A stretch of 28,448 nucleotides of DNA from positions 1-28,448 of the IMG/VR virus record IMGVR_UViG_3300044513_000968, one strand, 5' to 3'. A program made the translations under genes and the position numbers. The DNA is from a virus (taxonomy: Duplodnaviria; Caudoviricetes). A model generated the notes under the pieces. It searched no databases. It had not been told where the DNA came from and saw only the letters and a program-made list of their open reading frames with translations. How positions within the stretch are numbered: position 1 is the first letter of the stretch; every line of letters begins with the position of its first letter. Below are positions 7,204 through 15,269 of this stretch, piece by piece.

Positions 7204-9873
7204 CTATCCTCCAAAATCAAATAAGTTGCTAAATGTGTTTTTAGTTTTTGTGCTTTCTAAATCATAGTTAAGCACACCAATTAAGTTATCAAGTTTGTTG
7301 TCAATAATTGTACCCTCCATTGCATCACCATCAAACGGAAGATCTTTGAACCATTGTGGTAAGTGCATTTCGTCTACAGGATATGCAACACTTGTATAAC
7401 CCATTGGGTTTTGTTTTAGTTTGCAAACAATAACTTTCATACCGTCTACAATCTCTTGAGAATATTTGTCACCGTTCATACGTTTAAGTGTGTTCCAGTT
7501 AATACTTGCTCTTACGTGACCTGGCATATTAGCCTTGCCCTGTTTCTTTTCAAGACGCTCATAATGACCAATCTTGTTTGCACGTTTAGGTGAACCTTTT
7601 TCCCAACCTGGACGACTCTTAAATTCTGTTCTAAATTCAGTAATGCGATCAAGAAGTTTATCTTCATCTGCTTCTTGTAACACCATAAGCAATAGTTCAC
7701 TTAAGAAGTCCTGCATAAACACTGGAGTATCAGATCTTTTAAGATCAAGACCCATTGCTTTTACTTTGCCCGGCTTACCGTCTACGTCTTTTCTGTTACC
7801 TTCTTCGTCATATACTAATGCCGCATAACGTTTCTTTGTAATATACAAGCCTGACTCTGCAACAATCTCTCTACCCGCGGCAATAACTTCTGCACGACTC
7901 TTTGGACAATGAAATGTATCAGCCATAAACTTACTGAATGACTTATTTGCTTCGTCACAGATTTGATCATAAAGTGCAATTACACTATCTTTAGTCCACG
8001 AAATCTTACCAGCATCAATATCTTGTTTAAGGATAGGATATGCACTAAAATACACAGAGTCTGTATCACCGTATATGATACATTTACCTACGTGATTATA
8101 ATCGCCTGTTGCTACTTTGTTTACTTCAGCGGCCATGTGTTTTGCAATCTGTCTACCTGTAAGTGTAGTTGATTGACCAATACGTGGGTCAAAGAATCTA
8201 CAACCTGGATTTAGAATAGCACCATACAAACTATTTAGGTTAATCTTTTTAACCAACTGTCGTTTGTCCCAAAACTCAATCTCTGCTTTATTTCCTGCAT
8301 TGATTGCCTTTTGTTTCATAGCCTGCATTTCTTTACGTTCACTGTACCAACGTTTTAGTAGTCCAGGAATAATACCTTCAAATTCATATGTAAAGATTGT
8401 ACCATTTGCACTAAGCATCCAAGGGTTATTACTATCAAATATAACTTTAGATATTTGTGCTCCGCTCATTACTTCTGACTGTCCGTTCTCCCAGTCAACA
8501 GTAATACTAATATCTCTACGTTCTTCCATAACAGCATCAAACTCTATAGTTCCAAATCGGCCTTCCCAAGCCGCCGCAAATGATTTCTTCTTCAAGTCCA
8601 TTTGTTCGCCGAGATATTTGTTTGTGTGTTCGGGTCGTAGTTGACCAATGATCGTTTCAGGAGCCATATTCAATGCACGAATTACACTTGGATACAGTGA
8701 GTTCAAGTCCATCGAACCAATCCATTTGTGTACTCCTACTTTAGGAAATGCCACATAAGCACCTGCCGCTGGATCACTGCCTGGCTCACGTCTAATTCTA
8801 TTAGGTACTTGCATACCTCTGTGATGTGATTCGTTGATAATTGCTTGTTCTGTAACTGCAACAGCACCCATTGTGGTCTGTAGCAAAACAGTATTTGCGT
8901 GTGCAAGTTCGTTACTAAGATCAATAAATCTTAGTTTTTTGTCCAACTTGTCCAGTAGTGCAACGTCTTGTCTGTTGTACTCAATGAACGTTCTGAAGTC
9001 ATTGTTATAAAGTTGATCGAGTGTACCTTCGTACACAGTTTTCTTTTCACCGATCTCCATTTCACCAATAGCATCAAGTCTGTAAGTATGTCTTTCTTCA
9101 TATGTGTATTTACGATATAATTCAAGACTATCTAAATGCACTCTACCTATTAGGTCATAGGTTTCTTGTGTTCTACCAAACTTTTCATATTCACGTTTCT
9201 TAGGAAACTGATCCCATAAACAGAAACGTCTTGTATCGTCTTTGCTTAGTACCTTTTGTACACGGTTAACAGTATATGGAATATCATAACCTTCACTGTT
9301 CCAACCACTGATAAGATCTGCATCTTGAATTAGATCAAGGAAGGTTTTTAACATATCGCCTTCATCTGCAAACAAATGTGTATTAGGAAATTCTTTTACT
9401 TGTTCTTCTGCTTGTTCCATTGTAAGTGTTTTAGGCGGAATAGCAAGTGTTACAAGTGTATCCATCCACTGTAAATGTACTGTGATTGCAGTAATTGGCA
9501 TAAATGGATCTGCCGGATCAGCAAAGCCTCGCTCTGGATCAAAGTCAGTCTCAATATCAAAGAACGCAATGTTTAGTTTAGGAGCATCATGGTTAAGATA
9601 GTTTTCACTTAAACATTGAAAGATCGGATTTACATCACTTTCGTATAGTTCTTTATTTTTGTTTATTGCTAATTCTTTGCGGAAATCTTTTGTATTCTTA
9701 CAAACAATTCTATTCAAAGGCTTGCCGTGAATGCTTTTATACTTGCCTCGTTGATCAGCATAATAGAATGTGTATTTTACAGGATACTCAGTAAACGATC
9801 GTTTACCGTCTTTGCGTTCTACAACACGGATAATATCTGCGTTGCGGTCAAAATGTGCGTCTACATAACTCAT
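7204..9873 (-). CDS. Family B DNA polymerase (T4 gp43-like)
   Basis: ExoI FFDIETD, WNSEGYDIPY, YNRQDV; pol motifs DLNSLYPS, KINLNSLYG, YGDTDS, KKRY; start MSYVD at 9873 with AGGAG. Confidence 0.97.
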   Translation of the reverse strand: MSYVDAHFDRNADIIRVVERKDGKRSFTEYPVKYTFYYADQRGKYKSIHGKPLNRIVCKNTKDFRKELAINKNKELYESDVNPIFQCLSENYLNHDAPKLNIAFFDIETDFDPERGFADPADPFMPITAITVHLQWMDTLVTLAIPPKTLTMEQAEEQVKEFPNTHLFADEGDMLKTFLDLIQDADLISGWNSEGYDIPYTVNRVQKVLSKDDTRRFCLWDQFPKKREYEKFGRTQETYDLIGRVHLDSLELYRKYTYEERHTYRLDAIGEMEIGEKKTVYEGTLDQLYNNDFRTFIEYNRQDVALLDKLDKKLRFIDLSNELAHANTVLLQTTMGAVAVTEQAIINESHHRGMQVPNRIRREPGSDPAAGAYVAFPKVGVHKWIGSMDLNSLYPSVIRALNMAPETIIGQLRPEHTNKYLGEQMDLKKKSFAAAWEGRFGTIEFDAVMEERRDISITVDWENGQSEVMSGAQISKVIFDSNNPWMLSANGTIFTYEFEGIIPGLLKRWYSERKEMQAMKQKAINAGNKAEIEFWDKRQLVKKINLNSLYGAILNPGCRFFDPRIGQSTTLTGRQIAKHMAAEVNKVATGDYNHVGKCIIYGDTDSVYFSAYPILKQDIDAGKISWTKDSVIALYDQICDEANKSFSKFMADTFHCPKSRAEVIAAGREIVAESGLYITKKRYAALVYDEEGNRKDVDGKPGKVKAMGLDLKRSDTPVFMQDFLSELLLMVLQEADEDKLLDRITEFRTEFKSRPGWEKGSPKRANKIGHYERLEKKQGKANMPGHVRASINWNTLKRMNGDKYSQEIVDGMKVIVCKLKQNPMGYTSVAYPVDEMHLPQWFKDLPFDGDAMEGTIIDNKLDNLIGVLNYDLESTKTKNTFSNLFDFGG

Positions 9874-9884
9874 GTTCTCTCCTA

Positions 9885-9902
9885 TGCCACTTTCGGCTGG
9901 CA
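9885..9902 (-). promoter_or_regulatory. Hairpin next to the polB SD; candidate autogenous translational operator
   Basis: UGCCA-GCCGAAAG-UGGCA followed by UAGGAG; 5-bp stem and 8-nt loop. Confidence 0.45.
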
Positions 9903-9920
9903 AATACCAATTTGTCGATC

Positions 9921-10193
9921 TTAGCCGACTAAACTATACAAGTGCTTACTAATGCCATAAGCATATATTATTGTAAGCGTTCCGTTTAAAACAATCAATG
10001 ACTTTTCTTTCCAAAGTACTCCTACGATTGTCCAAAGTGTAGAAGCGATACCAAATACATAAGTTGCATACATTTCATTTGGAAAAAGTGAAAGTAGTGC
10101 CGCCGCTGTTAGCAGTATTGCAGTTGACAACCATGCTAACGATTGGTATGGTTTAGGTTGCGTCTTTATTGTTTTTAAAGTATTCTTTGTCAT
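9921..10193 (-). CDS. Small three-helix membrane protein
   Basis: Three hydrophobic segments; likely start MTKNT at 10193. Confidence 0.7.
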   Translation of the reverse strand: MTKNTLKTIKTQPKPYQSLAWLSTAILLTAAALLSLFPNEMYATYVFGIASTLWTIVGVLWKEKSLIVLNGTLTIIYAYGISKHLYSLVG

Positions 10194-10464
10194 TTTGTGC
10201 CTTGTCATCAATCCAAATATCATAGTGTGGCTTACCAAATCTTAAACTTGTGTAATTAACACCCCAATCTTCAAATTGTTTAATTGTAAATTGTTCCCAG
10301 TCTTTGCCTGAATTTGCGCCTCTTGCTGTCCAATAATGTATTTCATGACCTTCGTCATGTAACTTATTAAAGTGCTCAATGCGTTCATTATTAGGTTTAC
10401 TATTTTCATAATTACTATCGTTAGTATAGCAGATAGTACCATCAATGTCAACCATATATTTCAC
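10153..10464 (-). CDS. Minimal HAD-superfamily phosphatase
   Basis: VDIDGT (motif I), WTARG (II), GKP (III), IDDK (IV). Confidence 0.88.
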   Translation of the reverse strand: MKYMVDIDGTICYTNDSNYENSKPNNERIEHFNKLHDEGHEIHYWTARGANSGKDWEQFTIKQFEDWGVNYTSLRFGKPHYDIWIDDKAQNDKEYFKNNKDAT

Positions 10465-10465
10465 G

Positions 10466-10903
10466 TTATTGTCCTCTAATCTTCCTAAACTTCATGTTTT
10501 GGGGATATTCGTTATAATATCCTTTTTCTAAAAGTTTATTACTTGCTTCTTTAGTTTCATCTAATTTTTGGATAACAAAGAATCTAATACTTGGATCATT
10601 TAAATCGTTTTCATAATCCATATATTTGTATTCAATAAACAATAAATTCTTGTCCAAAAAATACTTTGTTCTGCATAATCCAAAAAGTTCTTCGCCTTCG
10701 TTCCAATCATTTACATCGTGTAGTATTATTAACACAGCATGATGATCTTCAATATCATAATCAAATTCAAACATAACTTTCATTACGTCTAAGTATTGAT
10801 CTGTATGAAAACGTTTTACACGACTATTTGCCCAAGGGCATCTGCTTTTTGCTAATTCTTCTAAATGAGTATCTAACCATTTATCAACCTTAGCAATATT
10901 CAT
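10466..10903 (-). CDS. Hypothetical protein (CPWA motif)
   Basis: 145 aa ORF tightly packed in the operon. Confidence 0.7.
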   Translation of the reverse strand: MNIAKVDKWLDTHLEELAKSRCPWANSRVKRFHTDQYLDVMKVMFEFDYDIEDHHAVLIILHDVNDWNEGEELFGLCRTKYFLDKNLLFIEYKYMDYENDLNDPSIRFFVIQKLDETKEASNKLLEKGYYNEYPQNMKFRKIRGQ

Positions 10904-10904
10904 T

Positions 10905-11186
10905 TTAATACCAACCTGCGGCTATACCAAACCCGAATATGTTTACACAACTAAAATAAATTGTTAGCAACATAACCCAAGCCGCTCCACGTCTATATGC
11001 GGCATATGCTTGTGTTATACTACCTACAAAAAATCCTGGGTATACATACATCATGTTAGGATCTCTGGCAGTTATCGCTAAAGTAAGACTTGCTCCTACT
11101 GTAAAAATAAAACTAATAAGTTCAAATACAAATGCTGTTTTATCAGAGCGATAACTGTTTATCCAAAAGTCTTTTATTCGTTGCAA
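10905..11186 (-). CDS. Small three-helix membrane protein
   Basis: 93 aa, TTG start, three hydrophobic segments. Confidence 0.7.
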   Translation of the reverse strand: MQRIKDFWINSYRSDKTAFVFELISFIFTVGASLTLAITARDPNMMYVYPGFFVGSITQAYAAYRRGAAWVMLLTIYFSCVNIFGFGIAAGWY

Positions 11187-11188
11187 AA

Positions 11189-11449
11189 CTATTTGTCCTT
11201 ACCAACTGTAACTACAAGTGTTTCGAGATCATCGAACTCGTCAGCAACTTTAGACCAGTCGCCTTTGTGTGCAATTTTAATTGCTCTGTTGATAAGACTT
11301 GCTTTAATATCAAGTTCTTCTGCTACTGCTTTAACAGTATCTTTCAAACCTGCACTTAAATCTTCAATCTCTCTCATTACGTTAGCACCTTCATTAACCA
11401 ATCTTTCAAGTTTGGCTTTCTCGTCGGCACCGTATGTTCTGTCTGACAT
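11189..11449 (-). CDS. T4 DsbA/GapR-like double-stranded DNA-binding protein
   Basis: Start MSDRTY at 11449 (AGGAG SD); helical pattern EIEDL..GLKDTVKAVAEELDIKASLINRAIKIAHK. Confidence 0.7.
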   Translation of the reverse strand: MSDRTYGADEKAKLERLVNEGANVMREIEDLSAGLKDTVKAVAEELDIKASLINRAIKIAHKGDWSKVADEFDDLETLVVTVGKDK

Positions 11450-11477
11450 TAAGTAACTCCTATTGTTAATGTGTATT

Positions 11478-11506
11478 ATTATATATTCACTTACAGCGGA
11501 AGTCAA
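11478..11506 (-). promoter_or_regulatory. sigma70-type promoter TTGACT-N17-TATAAT
   Basis: ttgact tccgctgtaagtgaata tataat heading the replication operon. Confidence 0.85.
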
Positions 11507-11511
11507 GTAGT

Positions 11512-12108
11512 TTATTGAGACATTGCAAATAAATCAAAATATTTTTTAGTCCACCATTTTTCATTTTCTCGACTGTCAAATACAATATTGTTGGTAGCAA
11601 AATGAGTTGGCCTTTCACGATATCGTATTTTGACCGGTCCAGCGTCGTGCCAAACATCAGGTGTTCGATTTACTATAAATCCTCTTGGTGCAGTTGCTCC
11701 AAACCTTTTTTGAAATGGTAATTGTGCAAAGTCTAAAATCCATTTAGGTGTTACTACCACTTGATGCGTAGCAATCATTCCACCTTGGGTATGATCATTA
11801 TGCCCAACTTTTGCGTTCCAACCTTTTGTAGGATGTTTGATATCTACTTCGTACTGTTTTACGTGTGCTTCAATTCCGTGAAGTCTTAATATTCTTCTTA
11901 GTATTTGTGACAGTAAGATACATTGGTTGCCAATTTCATACAGCATATCCATTTGATACATTCTGCAATACACTGTTACAAGTCTATAATCTAAATCGAC
12001 AACATCTTTACCAACGGCTAAACTATAATCCTCTGGATTAAGATCCCAGTCTGGATCAAATTTCATTAGCGAATCAAAGAGTACTCGACCTTGTTCATCT
12101 ACGTTCAT
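11512..12108 (-). CDS. Hypothetical protein, possible transglutaminase/papain-like Cys-His-Asp fold
   Basis: GNQCILLSQIL...HGIEA...THQVVV...WILDFA; GGAGG SD. Confidence 0.55.
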   Translation of the reverse strand: MNVDEQGRVLFDSLMKFDPDWDLNPEDYSLAVGKDVVDLDYRLVTVYCRMYQMDMLYEIGNQCILLSQILRRILRLHGIEAHVKQYEVDIKHPTKGWNAKVGHNDHTQGGMIATHQVVVTPKWILDFAQLPFQKRFGATAPRGFIVNRTPDVWHDAGPVKIRYRERPTHFATNNIVFDSRENEKWWTKKYFDLFAMSQ

Positions 12109-12117
12109 TGTGTTCCT

Positions 12118-12270
12118 CCATTAACATCGTTAATGGCGAGTGAACCGAACCGAATGTAACGTCACCTTATGTAAATAATAACCTTTGTTTTGTCACCAGC
12201 CGTGTCGTACGCGATCACTGTCACCAAAAGTAGGCGTTCCTATAAGTTACCGTCAATCAGCATTAACGTA
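12118..12270 (-). ncRNA. Candidate structured RNA or cis-regulatory leader (~150 nt)
   Basis: Longest same-strand intergenic gap; begins just after a TAAATA promoter; ends pair (CGUUAAUG/CAUUAACG); nested stems; three GGUGAC motifs. Confidence 0.55.
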
Positions 12271-12274
12271 AAAG

Positions 12275-12282
12275 TATTTATG
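12275..12282 (-). promoter_or_regulatory. T4-type late promoter (CATAAATA)
   Basis: Near match to T4 late consensus TATAAATA. Confidence 0.65.
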
Positions 12283-12285
12283 GTT

Positions 12286-12846
12286 TTATGTTTGACTTGA
12301 TAGTCGATGTGAGACTTTACTAATTAAGTACTGCAAAGACACATTAGACCATATGTTATGATCTTGCGGTTCATAATCATAGATAGGCACTATATTTTTC
12401 ATTTCTGGAATAAATTCTTTAGTTATTAAATTACCAATATAAATTGATTCTTTTACCTTTGTAGTATCAGTAAGTTCTACATCAAACAGTGTTGGGCCGT
12501 TAAACATAAGTTGTTCAAACTCAACAGTTTCTCCTTCGTTAATTGTAATTGGAAATGGTTGTGCTTCTAATTCATATCCATTAAATTTATACAAAGGTGT
12601 TTCAATTGGTTGATCAAATGTAATTTTTCCTTTCTTTCCATTTAGGATAGCAGGATAATCTACCAAACATTTTTCTAATGTAAGTGATCCTTTAGTTACT
12701 TCAATTTTAATATTGCAACTATCGTGTAGAGTTGTTTCTGTAGAAAAACTATAAATTAAATCTGTATTAGATGATTCTGATAATTCTTGATTGATATAAA
12801 CTTTGTATTCAGCATTGTTAATGCCATAAAGTTTTAAGGTACGCAT
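12286..12846 (-). CDS. Hypothetical protein
   Basis: 186 aa ORF, AAAGGA SD. Confidence 0.7.
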   Translation of the reverse strand: MRTLKLYGINNAEYKVYINQELSESSNTDLIYSFSTETTLHDSCNIKIEVTKGSLTLEKCLVDYPAILNGKKGKITFDQPIETPLYKFNGYELEAQPFPITINEGETVEFEQLMFNGPTLFDVELTDTTKVKESIYIGNLITKEFIPEMKNIVPIYDYEPQDHNIWSNVSLQYLISKVSHRLSSQT

Positions 12847-12870
12847 AATATTCCTTTCAAAGTGTAAAAA

Positions 12871-12878
12871 TACTTATG
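12871..12878 (-). promoter_or_regulatory. Variant late promoter (CATAAGTA)
   Basis: One mismatch to TAAATA core, in the gap upstream of 12846. Confidence 0.4.
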
Positions 12879-12881
12879 CGT

Positions 12882-13532
12882 TTATGTGTCGAGGGTTTCG
12901 TCTTTTGACTTGTATGCCCATTCGTCAGTGTGTCCTACACTCCACTTAGGTGTGTTTTCAACTGTGTAGTTTTGGGTACATACTTTGAAGTCCGGAGTAA
13001 GTTTCTTATCCGGAACTAAACTTTGATCAGTCCAAACAATTCTATTATTTGGTTGTGCGGTAAATTGGCCGTTTTCTAATTTAATAAAGTTAAATGATTT
13101 GTGTTCTGGGTCGTGTTCTGAAAAGTTTACGTTTAATGAATTATTATCTCTATGGCAAGTATCAAGTGTAAACATATATTCGCCTTTGTGCATTTTTCGA
13201 TCTTTACCAAAGAACTCGCAATCGCATAGCATAGGCTTTTTAATTACTGTAATGTCGTAATCAAAACAATCCCATATTTGTAAATGGTCTAATGGAAGTT
13301 GGTTGTCTTTGTCGTAATCTTCTTTCCAAACAAATGCACTAATAGGTAGTTTGTCGTATAATGCACCGTACTCAGTTAACAGTGTTTCAATGTATAGTGC
13401 TTTACTTTCTATGCTTCTAATTGAAATCCAAATGCCAGGAGTAAGTTCTCCGTGTCCTTTTTGATGATCGTAGAGGTATTCTTTTTTAACAAAGACTTCA
13501 ACAGGCGGTAGGTTATGCACAAGAAAAGACAT
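12882..13532 (-). CDS. Hypothetical phage protein
   Basis: 216 aa, AAGGAG SD; motifs LQIWDCF, SEHDPEHKS, AQPNNR. Confidence 0.85.
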   Translation of the reverse strand: MSFLVHNLPPVEVFVKKEYLYDHQKGHGELTPGIWISIRSIESKALYIETLLTEYGALYDKLPISAFVWKEDYDKDNQLPLDHLQIWDCFDYDITVIKKPMLCDCEFFGKDRKMHKGEYMFTLDTCHRDNNSLNVNFSEHDPEHKSFNFIKLENGQFTAQPNNRIVWTDQSLVPDKKLTPDFKVCTQNYTVENTPKWSVGHTDEWAYKSKDETLDT

Positions 13533-13557
13533 AGTGCTCCTTTAAGTTTGTTTAGTG

Positions 13558-13565
13558 TATTTATG
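13558..13565 (-). promoter_or_regulatory. T4-type late promoter (CATAAATA)
   Basis: TAAATA core upstream of 13532. Confidence 0.65.
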
Positions 13566-13704
13566 ACTTATTGGTCTTCTTCCGACCTTGACAGTGAGAC
13601 TTTTGAGAGAACCCTTTAGGGTTAGAACAGTTAATAGAGCGTTTGTATTTGTTGCTCCACTTTTCGTAAATTTCTAATTTCTTGAGAAGTTCAAGACGTT
13701 TCAT
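13561..13704 (-). CDS. 47-aa basic two-Cys peptide with leader, not in the ORF track
   Basis: MKRLELLKKLEIYE-KWSNKYKRSINCSNPKGFSQKSHCQGRKKTNKS; TAATG coupling with the upstream gene. Confidence 0.8.
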   Translation of the reverse strand: MKRLELLKKLEIYEKWSNKYKRSINCSNPKGFSQKSHCQGRKKTNKS

Positions 13705-14300
13705 TACATCTTGACGCAGTTGTCTACAGTTTTGCCACCTTTTTTCTTGGTGCCCATTCTTTTATAGCCTTTCCAGCATACTTTGCCGTCAACGCCTTTT
13801 TGTTTTTCTTCTGGTAATGTAGTGTAACTTGGTTTTCCACACTCTTTACAAGTACCAAGTTTATTTTCTAACATTTTAGATAAACTTGTTTTATAGTCTG
13901 AGGATTCTTTTTTAGCAAATTGTGGTGGTACTTCACCTTTTTTAGGCTTGCTACCTTTGTCTTTAAGTGCCTTCTTCATTGGCTCTTTTTTGTCGCCATC
14001 TTTGTCTACATCAAGAAAGTCTGGCTTAGATTTCTTTGCTTCTGCTACTTCATCAAATTTAGTTTCATAATCCATATGATGGTATACTGAACTAATGTAG
14101 TCAGCGGCTTTTGTAATCTTTGCTTGAACCCAACCTTCAAGGCCGTCTGCTTCGCTAACGCCCTTCATCATTTCATGAAGTTTAATTGCGTACTTGGCTA
14201 CTTTGTACAACTCGGCACGTGCCATTTGTACTTCGTGATCTGATTCAGCCTTGTATGCTAAATCTGCTAAACCTTCAGTTGTAAGTTCTTTCTTTTTCAT
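13704..14300 (-). CDS. Modular putative internal head protein
   Basis: MKKKELTTE leader; helical module; DVDKDGDKKE loop; CxxC; C-terminal CWKGY...NCVKM module. Confidence 0.75.
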   Translation of the reverse strand: MKKKELTTEGLADLAYKAESDHEVQMARAELYKVAKYAIKLHEMMKGVSEADGLEGWVQAKITKAADYISSVYHHMDYETKFDEVAEAKKSKPDFLDVDKDGDKKEPMKKALKDKGSKPKKGEVPPQFAKKESSDYKTSLSKMLENKLGTCKECGKPSYTTLPEEKQKGVDGKVCWKGYKRMGTKKKGGKTVDNCVKM

Positions 14301-14305
14301 AATAG

Positions 14306-14313
14306 TATTTACC
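14306..14313 (-). promoter_or_regulatory. Late promoter (GGTAAATA), leaderless arrangement
   Basis: TAAATA-ctatt-ATG. Confidence 0.6.
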
Positions 14314-15265
14314 TCTTAACTGTGCTTCCGCCCATTAAATTATTGCCCATGTCTAAAGCGTTTACTGCTGTACCGTCTGCTTTTTTCTTTTGTGGCGCCT
14401 TGGGTAAGCCTTTTGAATCTTTTGGTCTATGTCCGTATGCTTGTGCTGGATTTGCCACTGAAGCAATATTACCTGCTGAAGTTGCTCCTGCTGTTGCTAC
14501 TTCTTTAATACCTGCAAGTGCTTTCATTTCGTTTGCAAAATCAGATGCTTGTGTTTGTTGTGTTTCTGATGTACCTGAAACTAATTTTGCTAATTGCATA
14601 ATATGATCTGCTTCGTCTACCGGCTTGTCTTTATCAAGTGCCGCTTTACGTTTCATTAATTCTTTTTTAAGTTCTGGATCTTTTGATGTTTCTGGATTCG
14701 TTTGAATATCCTGCAATGCTTTTTTCTTAGCATCGTAATCATCTTTGTCTTTAGTAGGTGTATAGTTAGATGATTCTGCTGGTGCCGCACCTTTTTCTGC
14801 TTGTTTAACCAGCATCATAAACTTTTGACGCATTGCTTGATCACCGAGAATAGTTGTTAACTGTTTTGCAAATGGAGCAATTTGTTTAGCAAGGTTACCT
14901 TGTAATGCACCGCCTGATGCAAGTTTATCTAAACCCTTTGCCATCATAGCACCCGAACCACCTTTAGCACCCATAGCCGAAGTAGCCATTTTAGCACCTT
15001 GTGCTGTTTTTTGTGCCGCTTGTTTATCAGCACCAGAAGCCATTCCAGCAACTTTACCTGCAACACCACCTTGTTGTTGTGCCGCCGTTTTAACATCGTC
15101 TTTAGATGCTCCTGTAGCGTTTGCTACTGCACCTACAGCCATATCAGCACCTTTTTGTGCTACTTTGCCAGCCGCCGCCTTAACTGCACCAGCCGCCTTT
15201 TGAGCACCAGTTTTCATAGCATCTAATGGGTTTGCTTCTGTTGTTGTTAATTCTCTCAGTTTCAT
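14309..15265 (-). CDS. Ala/Gly/Lys-rich modular putative internal head protein
   Basis: MKLRELTTTE leader; low-complexity amphipathic region; MKALAGIKE-VATAGATSAG module. Confidence 0.75.
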   Translation of the reverse strand: MKLRELTTTEANPLDAMKTGAQKAAGAVKAAAGKVAQKGADMAVGAVANATGASKDDVKTAAQQQGGVAGKVAGMASGADKQAAQKTAQGAKMATSAMGAKGGSGAMMAKGLDKLASGGALQGNLAKQIAPFAKQLTTILGDQAMRQKFMMLVKQAEKGAAPAESSNYTPTKDKDDYDAKKKALQDIQTNPETSKDPELKKELMKRKAALDKDKPVDEADHIMQLAKLVSGTSETQQTQASDFANEMKALAGIKEVATAGATSAGNIASVANPAQAYGHRPKDSKGLPKAPQKKKADGTAVNALDMGNNLMGGSTVKR

Positions 15266-15269
15266 ATTA

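Noticed and set aside
7204-9873. Intein or intron in the DNA polymerase
   Set aside because: Length (889 aa) and motif spacing are normal; no splice-junction or homing endonuclease motifs
12161-12225. Three GGTGAC repeats spaced ~30 nt apart as a mini-CRISPR or iteron array
   Set aside because: Repeats are only 6-8 nt and no cas or rep gene is present; kept as RNA motifs
12163-12264. Minus-strand frame MLIDGNL*ERLLLVTVIAYDTAGDKTKVIIYIR suggesting amber read-through or recoding
   Set aside because: TAG serves as a normal stop at gene ends (polB, clpA, endolysin) and long genes are intact in code 11; RNA structure explains the region better
14900-15240. Ala/Gly/Lys-rich stretch as a DNA tandem repeat
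   Set aside because: Low complexity is at the protein level; no regular nucleotide repeat unit
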